Assembly (NCBI GenBank): GCA_964385825.1
Contig: CAYLPX010000001.1
Coordinates: forward strand, 8,124-72,123
DNA: 64,000 nucleotides
Origin: an uncultured Candidatus Saccharibacteria bacterium
Lineage (GTDB): Bacteria; Patescibacteriota; Minisyncoccia; Phycocordibacterales; JAKFXT01
Direction of reading: 5' to 3'
Shown here: one piece after another, positions 19,785-29,569 of the stretch
Layout of the letters: every line of letters begins with the position of its first letter
Position numbering within the stretch: the stretch's first letter is position 1
Notes under the pieces: model-generated
Databases searched by the model: none
The model's input: the letters and a program-made list of their open reading frames with translations, nothing else
What the model was told of the DNA's origin: nothing
Position numbers and translations under genes: made by a program

Positions 19785-20396
19785 CTACTGCTTTTTCTTT
19801 TGGCTTGCTTGATACTTTTCCCAAAGCGGGATGAAAGTATCACGAAAAACAGCAAGGAGTACTACATCATGAAATTCACCATTTTTGAAAACTTCTTGTT
19901 TCATGACCCCCTCAACTTCGTAGCCAGTCTTTTTGAGATAGGCAATGCTTCGCTCATTGAAGGCAAAAGCTCTTGATCGGATTTTGCGTAGGTTGAGTTC
20001 CATGAAGGCGTAGTGGAGGAATAACATTTTAGCCTCTGTCCCGTAGCCCTTACCACGAAACTTGCCTTCACCGATTTGAGCCCCTGTTGTTGCTGAGCCA
20101 GTTTTGTGATCGATGCCATGAAGCCCCATAGTGCCAATTAATTGGCCCGTATGGGTGGCGATACCGAGAACAATATTTTTCTCATTGTCCCCAAGTTTCT
20201 CAATCCACTGCTCTTCGCTCAAAATAGTCATGGGGCGATCTATCATGAGGAATTGCGTTACTTCACGATCATTCATCCACTTGGCGAGTGACGGGGCGTC
20301 GGTTTTCACGAGAGGGGTAAGTACAACTTTTTCCCCCCTCCAAAAAACAACACGATTATGTTCCATACCCACTTTTTTGTTCATGATTTTCTCCAA
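19785..20396 (-). CDS. GNAT family N-acetyltransferase (RimJ/RimL-like)
   Basis: GNAT core IGEGKFRGKGYGTEAKMLFLHYAF and RimL-like N-terminal region. Confidence 0.75.
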   Translation of the reverse strand: MEKIMNKKVGMEHNRVVFWRGEKVVLTPLVKTDAPSLAKWMNDREVTQFLMIDRPMTILSEEQWIEKLGDNEKNIVLGIATHTGQLIGTMGLHGIDHKTGSATTGAQIGEGKFRGKGYGTEAKMLFLHYAFMELNLRKIRSRAFAFNERSIAYLKKTGYEVEGVMKQEVFKNGEFHDVVLLAVFRDTFIPLWEKYQASQKKKQ

Positions 20397-20631
20397 AGAA
20401 ATTAGTCATTAGAAAGAACTGTGCTGAATAAAAAAACCGACTTTCATTCAGCCGGGATTTCTGTAAGGAGAATTTCGGAGTAGATTACGAAATAGTAGAG
20501 AAGTCACGGCTAAATACAAGAGTTTGGCGTAGCACACCAAAAGAGGCCCACATAGTAGAGGGCTGGCAACTTGTATTAATCTGATAACTTCTGTTATTCA
20601 TACTTTTTTACATAAACATTTATAATAAAAA

Positions 20632-23600
20632 GTGTCAAGTACTCATAAAATACACATGTTATACTTCTTTCTACCTATGGAAGATGTGTTTTTAAAGCAG
20701 TATACAAGGCTCAATAGTGAGCAAAAGGAGGCGGTGGATACTATTGAGGGGCCGGTGATGGTTATTGCGGGTCCTGGGACAGGGAAGACGCAGATACTGA
20801 CGCTGCGCATTGCCAATATCCTGAAGAAGACGGATACAGCACCGGAGCAGATACTAGCGCTTACCTTTACGGAGTCAGGCGTTTTCGCTATGCGAAAACG
20901 CCTGTTCTCTATCGTTGGCTCTCTGGCATACCGTGTGAACATCTACACCTTTCATGGTTTTTGCAATGACGTTATAGCTCGCTATCCAGAATATTTCCCA
21001 CGTATCATTGGCCGCACCGTACTCACTAAGGTGGGTAAAATTGCACTCATGGAAAAGATTATAGACACGGAGCCCCTTGATCTTCTTCGTCCCTACGGAG
21101 ATCCGTACTACCATGTGCGTTCCCTTCTCTCCACTATTTCTGATCTTAAGCGTGAAGCGATAAGCCCCTTTGAATTAAAGCGAGTGATAGAAAAAGAGGA
21201 AAAAGATTTTAATGACATACCAGAGAAAGTGCATGTGAAGGGTGCACATAAAGGCAAAATGAAGGGTGAGTACCTTGATCTCCAAAAGCATATTGCAAAG
21301 CAAAAAGAACTTCTCATAGTTTATGAAGCTTATGAGAAAAAAATAGCCGAGCTAAAAAAGTTTGATTATGAGGATATGATTCTGGAAGCCGTGTCTGCTA
21401 TTCGTGAACACGAGGATCTACGCCTCATACTCCAAGAGTCGTATCAGTACCTACTTGCGGACGAGCATCAGGATGCCAACGCTTCACAGAATGCGGTGCT
21501 TGAACTACTCTCTTCATATCATGAAAATCCTAACCTTTTTATTGTAGGAGATGAGAAACAAGCCATCTTTCGTTTTCAGGGTGCGTCGCTTCAGAACTTT
21601 CTCTACTTTAAAGAGCGATATAAAGAGGCGAAAGTTATAACTCTCGTGGAAAATTTTCGCTCTGCTCAAAATATTCTGGATCTTTCGCATAACCTTATAA
21701 CTACCAATAATGGAGAAGATCTACCACTACCTCGTCCGGAGCTTCGGGCTGAAGGGGTAGAAAAGGGTAGTCTTGCCCCAATCACCTATACTGAACTTGC
21801 TAATACTGAAGAGGAGGTTCGCTTTGTGGCAGAGCGAATTGTGGAGCAGATCAAGGGAGGGCAAAGTCCACGAGAGATTGCAGTATTATATCGAGAAAAT
21901 AAGGATGCTGAGCTCTTGAGTGAAATCTGCGCTCGGTACAACATTCCCTTTGTGGTGCATTCAGAAAGTGACGCTCTGCTTGATGTAGAAATAGCAAAAC
22001 TACTGTTATTGCTCCGTGCAGTAGTTACCCCAGAGAGTAATGAGCTTGTGGGGAAGGTGCTGTTTCTAGATTTTCTCTCTATCCCGATACTTGATGTCTA
22101 TACGGTGTTTGCTGCTCTTAAGCGGGGAGAGGGGTCACTGATAAAACTTATAAGCAAGGAGCATACCTTAAGCAGTTTAGAATTGAAAGACAGGAAGGCG
22201 ATTTTAACTTTTGGGAATAAACTTCTAGAGTGGCACCGAGCTGCTAAGAATAAAAGCCTTAGTGATACCGTGGAACTCGTCATGAAGGAGTCCGGTTTTC
22301 TGACATACATTATAGGGTTGCCACACGCACTTTCGGCACTTAACAAAATAGATGCACTGCTCGATGAGTTAAGGGTGGTACTTGAAAGCAATCGTTCGAG
22401 TAAACTTGCTGACTTCTTAGTCCATATTGATACACTTATTTTGTATAACATGGGTATTCCTGCACGAGAAAGCGTGGGGAGTGAAGAATGTGTTTCTCTC
22501 ATGACAGTGCATAAGGCCAAGGGGCTTGAGTTTGAGCATGTCTATGTAACTGGGCTAAATGATAATAAATGGGGGGGTAAACGTTCCCGAGACTCATTCC
22601 ACCTGCCTGTTGGTGGAGCTATACGGGGTGAGGAGGATGATGAGCGCAGGCTTCTCTATGTAGCACTCACTCGCGCTAAAAAGAGTTTGACGCTCACGCG
22701 GGCTTTTAGTACGAGTGAGGGCAAAGAGCTAACCCCCTCACGTTTTATAGAAGAAATAGATCAGAAATACATTACTCAAGAAATGCACACAAAAGAAAAC
22801 GTATCGCGGCCACATGTACTGACGTTGGCTAAGGAAAGTAGTGGAGCCAAGCTACTCGATAAAACGTATCTTAAGGAGCGGTTTTTTGCGCAGGGACTTG
22901 CAGTGACCGCACTCAATAATTATTTAGACTGTGTGTGGCGGTATTTTTTTGTGAACCTTATTCGTTTGCCACAATCACAGACTAAGCATCAGCTCTATGG
23001 TATTGCGGTTCACCACGCACTTAAAGAGGCTATAGATAGGGTTAAGGCACTTGAAGAAGTAACATCTGAGAGTTTTATGGCTGGTTTTTTGGGCAAGCTC
23101 TCCAGTCTGCCATTTTCAGAATTAGACTATGAGGAGTCACTTAAAAAGGGGGAGCGCACATTGCCTGGTTATTTTAAAAAGGTTAGTCCGCTATGGGACC
23201 CAACTATGCGAGCAGAGGTTGAAATAAAAGGAGTATCACTCATACTAAAAAGTGGAGAAGAACTGCAACTTAAGGGTAACTTGGATAGGGTAGATAAACT
23301 AGAGGGAAATTATGTTCGGGTTATTGATTATAAGACTAAGAAACCAATGAGCCGTAATGAAATAGAAGGGAATACCAAAAGTAGTAATGGTAATGAAAAA
23401 CGTCAGCTCATGTTCTACAAGTTGCTTGTAGATGCGCACGGCGAAGGAAAAGAAATAATGAAAGAGGGAACTATTGAGTTTATAGAGCCAACCGAGAAAG
23501 GGAATTATATCTCTGAAAGTTTTGCTATTACTAATGAGGAAGTAGAAACATTAAAAGAAACCATACGTACGGTAGCAGAAGAAATAACCACGCTCGCCTT

Positions 23601-23676
23601 TGTAGAAAAAGGAGGATGCCAAAAGAAAGATTGTGAGTATTGCCAGTTAGCGAAGATGATTGAGCTTGAAAAATAA
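20632..23676 (+). CDS. UvrD/PcrA-like superfamily 1 helicase fused to C-terminal RecB/Cas4-like PD-(D/E)xK nuclease with Cys cluster
   Basis: Walker A AGPGTGKTQ, motif II LADEHQDAN, helicase motifs through TVHKAKGLEF; C-terminal GNLDRVD...VIDYKTKKP...QLMFYKLL (RecB nuclease motifs) and GGCQKKDCEYCQ; true start may be ATG at 20677 (MEDVFL). Confidence 0.8.
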   Translation: MSSTHKIHMLYFFLPMEDVFLKQYTRLNSEQKEAVDTIEGPVMVIAGPGTGKTQILTLRIANILKKTDTAPEQILALTFTESGVFAMRKRLFSIVGSLAYRVNIYTFHGFCNDVIARYPEYFPRIIGRTVLTKVGKIALMEKIIDTEPLDLLRPYGDPYYHVRSLLSTISDLKREAISPFELKRVIEKEEKDFNDIPEKVHVKGAHKGKMKGEYLDLQKHIAKQKELLIVYEAYEKKIAELKKFDYEDMILEAVSAIREHEDLRLILQESYQYLLADEHQDANASQNAVLELLSSYHENPNLFIVGDEKQAIFRFQGASLQNFLYFKERYKEAKVITLVENFRSAQNILDLSHNLITTNNGEDLPLPRPELRAEGVEKGSLAPITYTELANTEEEVRFVAERIVEQIKGGQSPREIAVLYRENKDAELLSEICARYNIPFVVHSESDALLDVEIAKLLLLLRAVVTPESNELVGKVLFLDFLSIPILDVYTVFAALKRGEGSLIKLISKEHTLSSLELKDRKAILTFGNKLLEWHRAAKNKSLSDTVELVMKESGFLTYIIGLPHALSALNKIDALLDELRVVLESNRSSKLADFLVHIDTLILYNMGIPARESVGSEECVSLMTVHKAKGLEFEHVYVTGLNDNKWGGKRSRDSFHLPVGGAIRGEEDDERRLLYVALTRAKKSLTLTRAFSTSEGKELTPSRFIEEIDQKYITQEMHTKENVSRPHVLTLAKESSGAKLLDKTYLKERFFAQGLAVTALNNYLDCVWRYFFVNLIRLPQSQTKHQLYGIAVHHALKEAIDRVKALEEVTSESFMAGFLGKLSSLPFSELDYEESLKKGERTLPGYFKKVSPLWDPTMRAEVEIKGVSLILKSGEELQLKGNLDRVDKLEGNYVRVIDYKTKKPMSRNEIEGNTKSSNGNEKRQLMFYKLLVDAHGEGKEIMKEGTIEFIEPTEKGNYISESFAITNEEVETLKETIRTVAEEITTLAFVEKGGCQKKDCEYCQLAKMIELEK

Positions 23677-23716
23677 CCACAAAAAAACCCTTGTTTTATA
23701 AGGGTTTTTTTTGTGG
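23677..23716. terminator. bidirectional terminator
   Basis: ccacaaaaaaacccttgttttataagggttttttttgtgg palindrome between convergent genes. Confidence 0.7.
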
Positions 23717-23719
23717 TTA

Positions 23720-24460
23720 TTATTTTCCTTTGAGAAGCCCCTCAATGATTGGCTTTAGGGTTGCGTAAGGGTATGCACCCTCTATGGGGTAAGTGTTACC
23801 TTTTTTATCTATAATAACGCTAAAGGGTGTTGCTTGTGTCCCCGCGGCTATGGTTCCGTCCTCAATACTTTTCTTAATTGCTGCTGTGTATTTACCACTT
23901 CCAAGACACTTTTCAAAAGCTGCTTTATCAACCCCCGCCTGTACTGCAAGAATAGGAAGCTCGGCAGGGTCTAGGCTGTCATTGGAATTGGTAGTGTCAT
24001 AAATACTATCTAGGTAGGTCCAGAATTTGTTTTCTCCGCCAAGCTCCGCTACACACTCAGTTGCTTCAGCTTCTCGTGGGGCGCGGCTGTGGAGCCCTTC
24101 AAGGGGCATGTGGCGGTAGACCCATGCTACTTTTCCATCCTTGCCATAATCATTCATGATTTGGTGCATTGTGGCTTGAAAACGCTTACAAAATGGACAT
24201 TCGGTATCTGAGTATTCAACAAGTATGAGGTCAGCTTGTGGGCTGCCCAAGATGTGATCTTTGGCACTAATTGCAGGGAGGCTAGTTTCTTTAGCTACCC
24301 CAGCTTGTGCCCCAGCTGTGTTTTTGCTTGTATCACCGCGCAGGTACACGGCACCGGCTATAATGAGGCCTGCTATAACAATGGCAATAGGAATACCAAG
24401 ATTACTACCTCGTGACTGTTGGTTCTCTGGGGAAGGGTTAGATTGAATTTCTGGCTCCAT
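23720..24460 (-). CDS. membrane-anchored thioredoxin-fold thiol:disulfide oxidoreductase (DsbA-like)
   Basis: N-terminal TM, CPFC active-site motif, DsbA-like length. Confidence 0.75.
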   Translation of the reverse strand: MEPEIQSNPSPENQQSRGSNLGIPIAIVIAGLIIAGAVYLRGDTSKNTAGAQAGVAKETSLPAISAKDHILGSPQADLILVEYSDTECPFCKRFQATMHQIMNDYGKDGKVAWVYRHMPLEGLHSRAPREAEATECVAELGGENKFWTYLDSIYDTTNSNDSLDPAELPILAVQAGVDKAAFEKCLGSGKYTAAIKKSIEDGTIAAGTQATPFSVIIDKKGNTYPIEGAYPYATLKPIIEGLLKGK

Positions 24461-24546
24461 AAAAGAAAAATAAGAAAATAATGTACCTATTGTAAGTCAC
24501 AGACTATACTCTCTGCAATGGCTTAGAAGTGGTATGATATTTACTA

Positions 24547-25305
24547 ATGAATGCGAGTGTACTTAGTATTATTGCAGTTAGTATAACGAGCGCTATTTCC
24601 CTAGTTGGTGTTTTCGCACTTTTTGTAAATGAGGTGAAGCTCCGTCCCTACCTTTTTTTCTTAGTTAGTGTTTCAGCGGGGGCACTTTTTGGGGATGCTT
24701 TTATTCACCTTATACCGGACGCCCTCGGAAATAGTGGGGATATGGCTAGTATGGCCCCCTTTTATATATTGCTTGGTATCTTTTTCTTTTTTGCACTTGA
24801 GAAATTCCTACACTGGCATCATCACCATGGAGACGAGGGGGCAGAGTATGATGCGCATATTCACCCAGTAGGTCCCATGGTGCTTGTCGCCGATCTCATC
24901 CATAACTTTATTGATGGTGTGCTCATTGCGGCCAGCTTTTTAGTATCTGTTCCAGTTGGAGTAGCTACAACTATTGCAGTTATCCTTCATGAAATACCGC
25001 ATGAGATAGGGAATGTGGCACTTCTTCTTCATGCAGGTTTTACCAAAAAGAAGGCGGTACTCTTTAACTGTTATGCAGCGCTTACTTCAGTTTTAGGTGC
25101 GTTACTTTTTGTTTTTGGGGCAGGCGCTATTGCTAATCTTTCACAGATAATGATCCCTTTTGCGGCGGGTGGTTTCATCTATATTGCTGGTTCAGATTTA
25201 GTCCCTGAACTTCATAAGGATGTGGGGGTAGAGAAAGCACTTATTCAAAGCCTCGGTATGATCCTTGGAGTCCTTGTTATGGTAGGACTTCTCTTTGTGG
25301 AATAA
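24547..25305 (+). CDS. ZIP family metal (zinc) transporter
   Basis: His-rich loop HWHHHHGDEG; HNFIDGVLIA and ILHEIPHEIGN motifs; multiple TM. Confidence 0.8.
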   Translation: MNASVLSIIAVSITSAISLVGVFALFVNEVKLRPYLFFLVSVSAGALFGDAFIHLIPDALGNSGDMASMAPFYILLGIFFFFALEKFLHWHHHHGDEGAEYDAHIHPVGPMVLVADLIHNFIDGVLIAASFLVSVPVGVATTIAVILHEIPHEIGNVALLLHAGFTKKKAVLFNCYAALTSVLGALLFVFGAGAIANLSQIMIPFAAGGFIYIAGSDLVPELHKDVGVEKALIQSLGMILGVLVMVGLLFVE

Positions 25306-25893
25306 TCAAAAGGGGAGTGAGAAGGTCATGGCTTTTTCCTCCTTTTTTTCCCAGTTTTTAATATCAAGCGGTATATCAAAGGTTTTGCCTGCTTCCTTAA
25401 ATTTCAGCATTTTATTTTCTAGCGCATAGTCATAAATATCTTTGGTGATGCGCACATCTTCAAGACAGTATTTGCGTATACTTTCTATATCGCCCTGTTT
25501 CCACCATTGTATAGCTTGGAGTCCGTGGCCAGTTTTCTTGCGTCCCAACGTCCCTTCAGCTACTTGGTCAAGTGAGACGCGTCGGCCTAGTGATTTTCTG
25601 ATTTCAACAAGCAGATCCAGGCTTTTAATGGAGTTAAGGTCGCCGTTATAGTATTTATTGAGAAGCGGTATATCAAAATGATCTGAGTTATATCCCACAA
25701 GCATATCGGCACGCTCTAGAATAGGCCAAAGTTTGGGAAGATCCTCCTCTAAGAAACTAGAGTAAGTATCCGTAGCACTTTCGTAGATGCAGGCGATAGA
25801 CATGGAAAGCGCCGCAGGGTCACTCGACCCAACTTCTTGGAAAAGATTCTTAGTTTCAAGGTCAAAAACTACTTTGTTCAACTTTTTACTCAT
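25306..25893 (-). CDS. DEDDy-type 3'-5' exonuclease (RNase D / proofreading-exonuclease-like)
   Basis: Exo I VVFDLET, Exo II YNSDHFDIPLL, Exo III YCLEDVRITKDIY. Confidence 0.65.
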   Translation of the reverse strand: MSKKLNKVVFDLETKNLFQEVGSSDPAALSMSIACIYESATDTYSSFLEEDLPKLWPILERADMLVGYNSDHFDIPLLNKYYNGDLNSIKSLDLLVEIRKSLGRRVSLDQVAEGTLGRKKTGHGLQAIQWWKQGDIESIRKYCLEDVRITKDIYDYALENKMLKFKEAGKTFDIPLDIKNWEKKEEKAMTFSLPF

Positions 25894-25952
25894 AAAAAAT
25901 ATAGTGGCAAGTGTAACACAAGAGAAGCCTTCACTCTAGTTGCAGGCCGGAA

Positions 25953-27260
25953 TTATTTATTGAGAGCTGTAATTATTTTTTTAATATCACCCTTGATTTC
26001 TTTACCAGTAGCGAGCTCTTTGAGAGTAAAGATCTGTTCCTTTGTTTCTTCTTCTCCAATACAAATAACAAAAGGTATATGTTGTTTATCAGCTAGTTTG
26101 ATCTGATCGCCTAGTTTTTTGGTACTAAGATCAACTCCTACAGTGACACCACTCTCGCGTAAAACACGAGCAAGGTTTGTAATAAAGGGAATGTGGGCAG
26201 TATCCGTTTTGCAAAGGTATAGCTTTACTGGAGATATGTAAGGAGTGAGTAGTTTGTGGGTCTCGAGGAAATCTAGTGCGGTGACATCTCCCATGCCAAA
26301 ACCGATTGCGGGAACAGTTTCCTCATCAAAAATGGCAAGGAGCTCATCATAGCGGCCACCCCCAAAAAGTGACCGGCTATTGGCAGGGTTGGTGTCGAAG
26401 AACTCAAAGACTATACCGGTATAATAATCGAACCCACGCATGAGAGTTGGGTCGAAAATCACATTAGTGATACCAAGTGTTTTAAGTCCTGAGAGCACAC
26501 TTTCCATATCTACAAAGGCCTTTTGGTTTTGAAGGTTATCGGGAATGTTTTTACAAAAGCTGGCTAAATCCTGACTATTTAAAAGTGTCATAATCTCTTC
26601 GAATTTGTGTGGGGCAACCTTCGATAGTTCTTGCCGAAACACCTCCACAGATATCTTAGCTTTTTTGTCTATCAATTTACTTAATTTATAAGCTTCTTCT
26701 TCGTTGAGTCCCCAGTGCACAATGAGAAGTTCGAATGCTGCGCGATTATTTATTTTTATTTTAAAATCTTTTTCTTGGGCACCTAAATTAAGCAATAAGT
26801 TATGTCCAAGAGAAATCACCTCAATTTCTCCTTCAAGGCCCTTAACCCCAAAGATGTCTACATTGAGCTGGTAGTGTTCTCGAAGTCTTCCGCGTTGAGG
26901 CTGTTCGTAACGAAATAGGTTGGGTATAGAGTACCACCGCAGTGGGAAGGGTAGCTCACGTTTTCGAGCAGCTACCATACGGGCTACGGTCGGTGTCATT
27001 TCTGGGCGTAGTGTTACATTGCGTCCACCACGATCAATAAAAGAATATGTTTGTTCGTTTACGATTTCCTCACCGGATTTGGCAGCATAGAGTTCAGTAG
27101 ATTCTAGGGGGGAAGCTGTATATTCTACATAACCGTACAATTCGCAGGTTTCGCGCATTTTTTGGAAAAGCCATTTAAGGCGGGCCATATCTTCTGGATA
27201 GAAGTCGCGCGTACCCTTATATGGGTCACGGGAGAGGGGTTTTTTAGTACTGTCGCTCAT
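25953..27260 (-). CDS. hisS: histidine--tRNA ligase
   Basis: Class II aaRS motifs KGTRDFYP, RYEQPQRGRLREHYQ, GGGRYD; start set at ATG 27260 (MSDSTKK) rather than track start 27311. Confidence 0.9.
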   Translation of the reverse strand: MSDSTKKPLSRDPYKGTRDFYPEDMARLKWLFQKMRETCELYGYVEYTASPLESTELYAAKSGEEIVNEQTYSFIDRGGRNVTLRPEMTPTVARMVAARKRELPFPLRWYSIPNLFRYEQPQRGRLREHYQLNVDIFGVKGLEGEIEVISLGHNLLLNLGAQEKDFKIKINNRAAFELLIVHWGLNEEEAYKLSKLIDKKAKISVEVFRQELSKVAPHKFEEIMTLLNSQDLASFCKNIPDNLQNQKAFVDMESVLSGLKTLGITNVIFDPTLMRGFDYYTGIVFEFFDTNPANSRSLFGGGRYDELLAIFDEETVPAIGFGMGDVTALDFLETHKLLTPYISPVKLYLCKTDTAHIPFITNLARVLRESGVTVGVDLSTKKLGDQIKLADKQHIPFVICIGEEETKEQIFTLKELATGKEIKGDIKKIITALNK

Positions 27261-27440
27261 AAAGGTTGTTGTAGAGCCATTGTACCAGATTTGTAGGAAT
27301 CTCCTATACAAAGGTGGTAAAGTGTGCTAAACTGCAAATAAGTAGTAAGTTTGAGCTAGAGTAGTACGTAAAGGAGTTTTCCACCAAGTGCCACGTTTCT
27401 CAAGGTCGACTACCGGTTTTAAAAGTTTGATTGAAAGAAA

Positions 27441-27716
27441 ATGGCTAAAAAATTATATGTTGGTGGTTTGCCTTACAGCACAACTATTGACGATTTGAAG
27501 CAGTATTTCTCTGCAGCAGGTGTTGTAGAAGATGCTGCCGTTATCATTGATAAGATGACTGGTCGCTCACGCGGATTCGGTTTCGTAACAATGACTAACG
27601 ACGAAGAGGCTGATGCTGCAGTTGCTAAGTTCAACGGCGCAGATATGGGTGGTCGCAAGATCCTCGTAAACGAAGCTCGTCCTATGGCAGAGCGTCCAGC
27701 TCGCGGAAACTACTAG
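27441..27716 (+). CDS. RRM-domain RNA-binding protein
   Basis: RNP-2 LYVGGL and RNP-1 RGFGFVTM. Confidence 0.85.
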   Translation: MAKKLYVGGLPYSTTIDDLKQYFSAAGVVEDAAVIIDKMTGRSRGFGFVTMTNDEEADAAVAKFNGADMGGRKILVNEARPMAERPARGNY

Positions 27717-27721
27717 TTTCC

Positions 27722-27763
27722 AAAAACAAAAATCGCACCACGAAAGTGGTGCGATTTTTGTTT
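27722..27763 (+). terminator. rho-independent terminator
   Basis: aaaaacaaaaATCGCACCACgaaaGTGGTGCGATttttgttt. Confidence 0.7.
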
Positions 27764-27849
27764 ACAGAGTGTAGCAACGCCCGGAGGGGATAGTGGGGGT
27801 GGAAGTAGTGCCCATTATTCTATATACTGATATAAACTAATCAACAGCT

Positions 27850-28266
27850 ATGGAAAAAGAAGAGGATAAACGAAAATTTAGTATTACGACCATGGAGGAC
27901 GGAGCCATTTACCTTTCACTCGGCGGCCGCCTTGAAGGGCTCAACCTTGTAGCTCTTGAAAAGTGGACTCATGAGGTGCATAACCTTATTAAAGATCGCT
28001 ACGAAAATACTTATACCGCGGTAAAGGTGATTATTGATATTGAAGCTGTAACTGGTTATGCCCCAGAGGCAGTGACCATCCTTACCAATCTTTTGATAGA
28101 AGATAAGGAAATGGTGCATCGCTCTGCAACGTACGGAGGTAGTGACTATATTTTAATGGCGCAAGACATGTTAGCATCACTCTCTGGTAGATCAAACTTT
28201 AAGTCATTTAAAACAAAGGAGGAGGCAGTTATTTGGGTTAATGGTACTGGTAAAGAAGGAGAATAG
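27850..28266 (+). CDS. hypothetical protein, possible STAS (anti-sigma-factor-antagonist-like) domain
   Basis: Length and pattern (LSLGGRLEGLN...VIIDIEAVTGYAPEAV...FKTKEEAVIWV) reminiscent of SpoIIAA/STAS; weak. Confidence 0.4.
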   Translation: MEKEEDKRKFSITTMEDGAIYLSLGGRLEGLNLVALEKWTHEVHNLIKDRYENTYTAVKVIIDIEAVTGYAPEAVTILTNLLIEDKEMVHRSATYGGSDYILMAQDMLASLSGRSNFKSFKTKEEAVIWVNGTGKEGE

Positions 28267-28319
28267 AAATAACACCAACAAAAAAGAGGACTAAGTCCTC
28301 TTTTTTGTTGGTGTTATTT
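28267..28319. terminator. bidirectional terminator; 53-nt near-perfect palindrome
   Basis: aaataacaccaacaaaaaagaggactaagtcctcttttttgttggtgttattt. Confidence 0.7.
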
Positions 28320-28796
28320 CTTCGTGACTCTTTTTTTAATTGGTTTTACTTTTCTCTCTTCTTCTTTTGCTTTTGGTTCCAAAATATTGTCATTCTCATC
28401 TATAATTTCCGTGATTTCATCCACATCCTCCTGAATATCTTCCACATCTTCTTGGATCTCGTCAACGTCTTCCTGGATTTCACCAATATCTTCTTGAAGT
28501 TCCTCCATATCTTCTTGAATTTCTCCAACGTCAGCTGATACTGATTGTAGGTGGGCAGTATTGATATTGACTGTCATTTGAATGAGTAGCGAGAGGTAAA
28601 TGGCTTCAAGGGATACTACGGTTGTGAGAAATAGAAAGATGTCACTGATTGCAATACCGAAAAAACGCAAACCAAAAATACCAATGAAAAATATGGTATG
28701 GATGACTATTGACTTAGGTGAGCCAATTGAGCGGGTAACGCGAAAGGCCCAAGAATCAAAGTGATTATGTGGATCGGGTAACTTTGTAGGTGGCAT
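28314..28796 (-). CDS. hypothetical membrane protein with C-terminal acidic heptad tandem repeats (EIQEDxx)x6
   Basis: N-terminal 2-TM region; EIQEDMEELQEDIGEIQEDVDEIQEDVEDIQEDVDEITEI; basic C-terminal end. Confidence 0.6.
   Translation of the reverse strand: MPPTKLPDPHNHFDSWAFRVTRSIGSPKSIVIHTIFFIGIFGLRFFGIAISDIFLFLTTVVSLEAIYLSLLIQMTVNINTAHLQSVSADVGEIQEDMEELQEDIGEIQEDVDEIQEDVEDIQEDVDEITEIIDENDNILEPKAKEEERKVKPIKKRVTKK
28410..28540. repeat. 21-nt tandem repeat (about 6 units) encoding acidic heptads
   Basis: ttcttggatctcgtcaacgtc / ttcctggatttcaccaatatc / ttcttgaagttcctccatatc ... units visible in sequence. Confidence 0.7.
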
Positions 28797-28826
28797 ACGC
28801 GGATTGTATCACAAGGCTTTTAAAAA

Positions 28827-29522
28827 TCATGCGTTGGTGAGCACAAAAGTGCCAAGAATAGCAGCTGTTTCTGCCCGCAATGTTGTTGTGCCAAGCGAGA
28901 GCAGTTTAGCGCCATGTTCAAGGGCAAATTTTTTCTCTTCATCAGTAAACCCTCCTTCTGGTCCTATAAAAAGTGCTACATCTTTCTGTGGAGAAGATGC
29001 GCTCTCCATACCATCTTTGTCGGCAATATAAAAAGGAATATTTTGTTTTGCTACTTCTAGAATGGCTTCAGTATAGGATATGGTTTCATGTAATTTGGAA
29101 AGTTTAATACGTCCTGATTGTTCAGTAGCTTCATGCATTATTTTGAGGATTCGATCGTAATTGAGCCCCATTTTAATTGTACGAGAAGAGGAGATTGGTG
29201 TTATGCTGCGAGCTCCACATTCAATAGCCTTTTGAGCTACCCATTCAAAATTATCTCGCTTTAGTATTGAAACAAAAAGATGAACGGTGTGAGGAAACTC
29301 TTCGGTACGACTACCATTACTTTGTACGCTAAACTCAGCTAGGCTTGGGGTAAGCGCAGTTAGGGTTACTAAAGCTTCCTGGTCTATACCGTCTCCCAAG
29401 ATAAGTTGCTCCCCAATCTTTATTTTGAGTACCCCCCGTAATTGATGAATAAGCTCAGGGTCTTTGGAGGTGATATGAGTCTTTCCCCATGTGAAATCCC
29501 CAATAAAACGATGTATTTTCAT
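28827..29522 (-). CDS. rsmE: 16S rRNA (uracil1498-N3)-methyltransferase RsmE family
   Basis: RsmE SPOUT motifs ...ALFIGPEGGFTDEE...LSLGTTTLRAETAAI. Confidence 0.8.
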   Translation of the reverse strand: MKIHRFIGDFTWGKTHITSKDPELIHQLRGVLKIKIGEQLILGDGIDQEALVTLTALTPSLAEFSVQSNGSRTEEFPHTVHLFVSILKRDNFEWVAQKAIECGARSITPISSSRTIKMGLNYDRILKIMHEATEQSGRIKLSKLHETISYTEAILEVAKQNIPFYIADKDGMESASSPQKDVALFIGPEGGFTDEEKKFALEHGAKLLSLGTTTLRAETAAILGTFVLTNA

Positions 29523-29569
29523 AGCGCTGGTCTTTTAGGAATACTTTAAACCGAGTATACTAGAAACTA

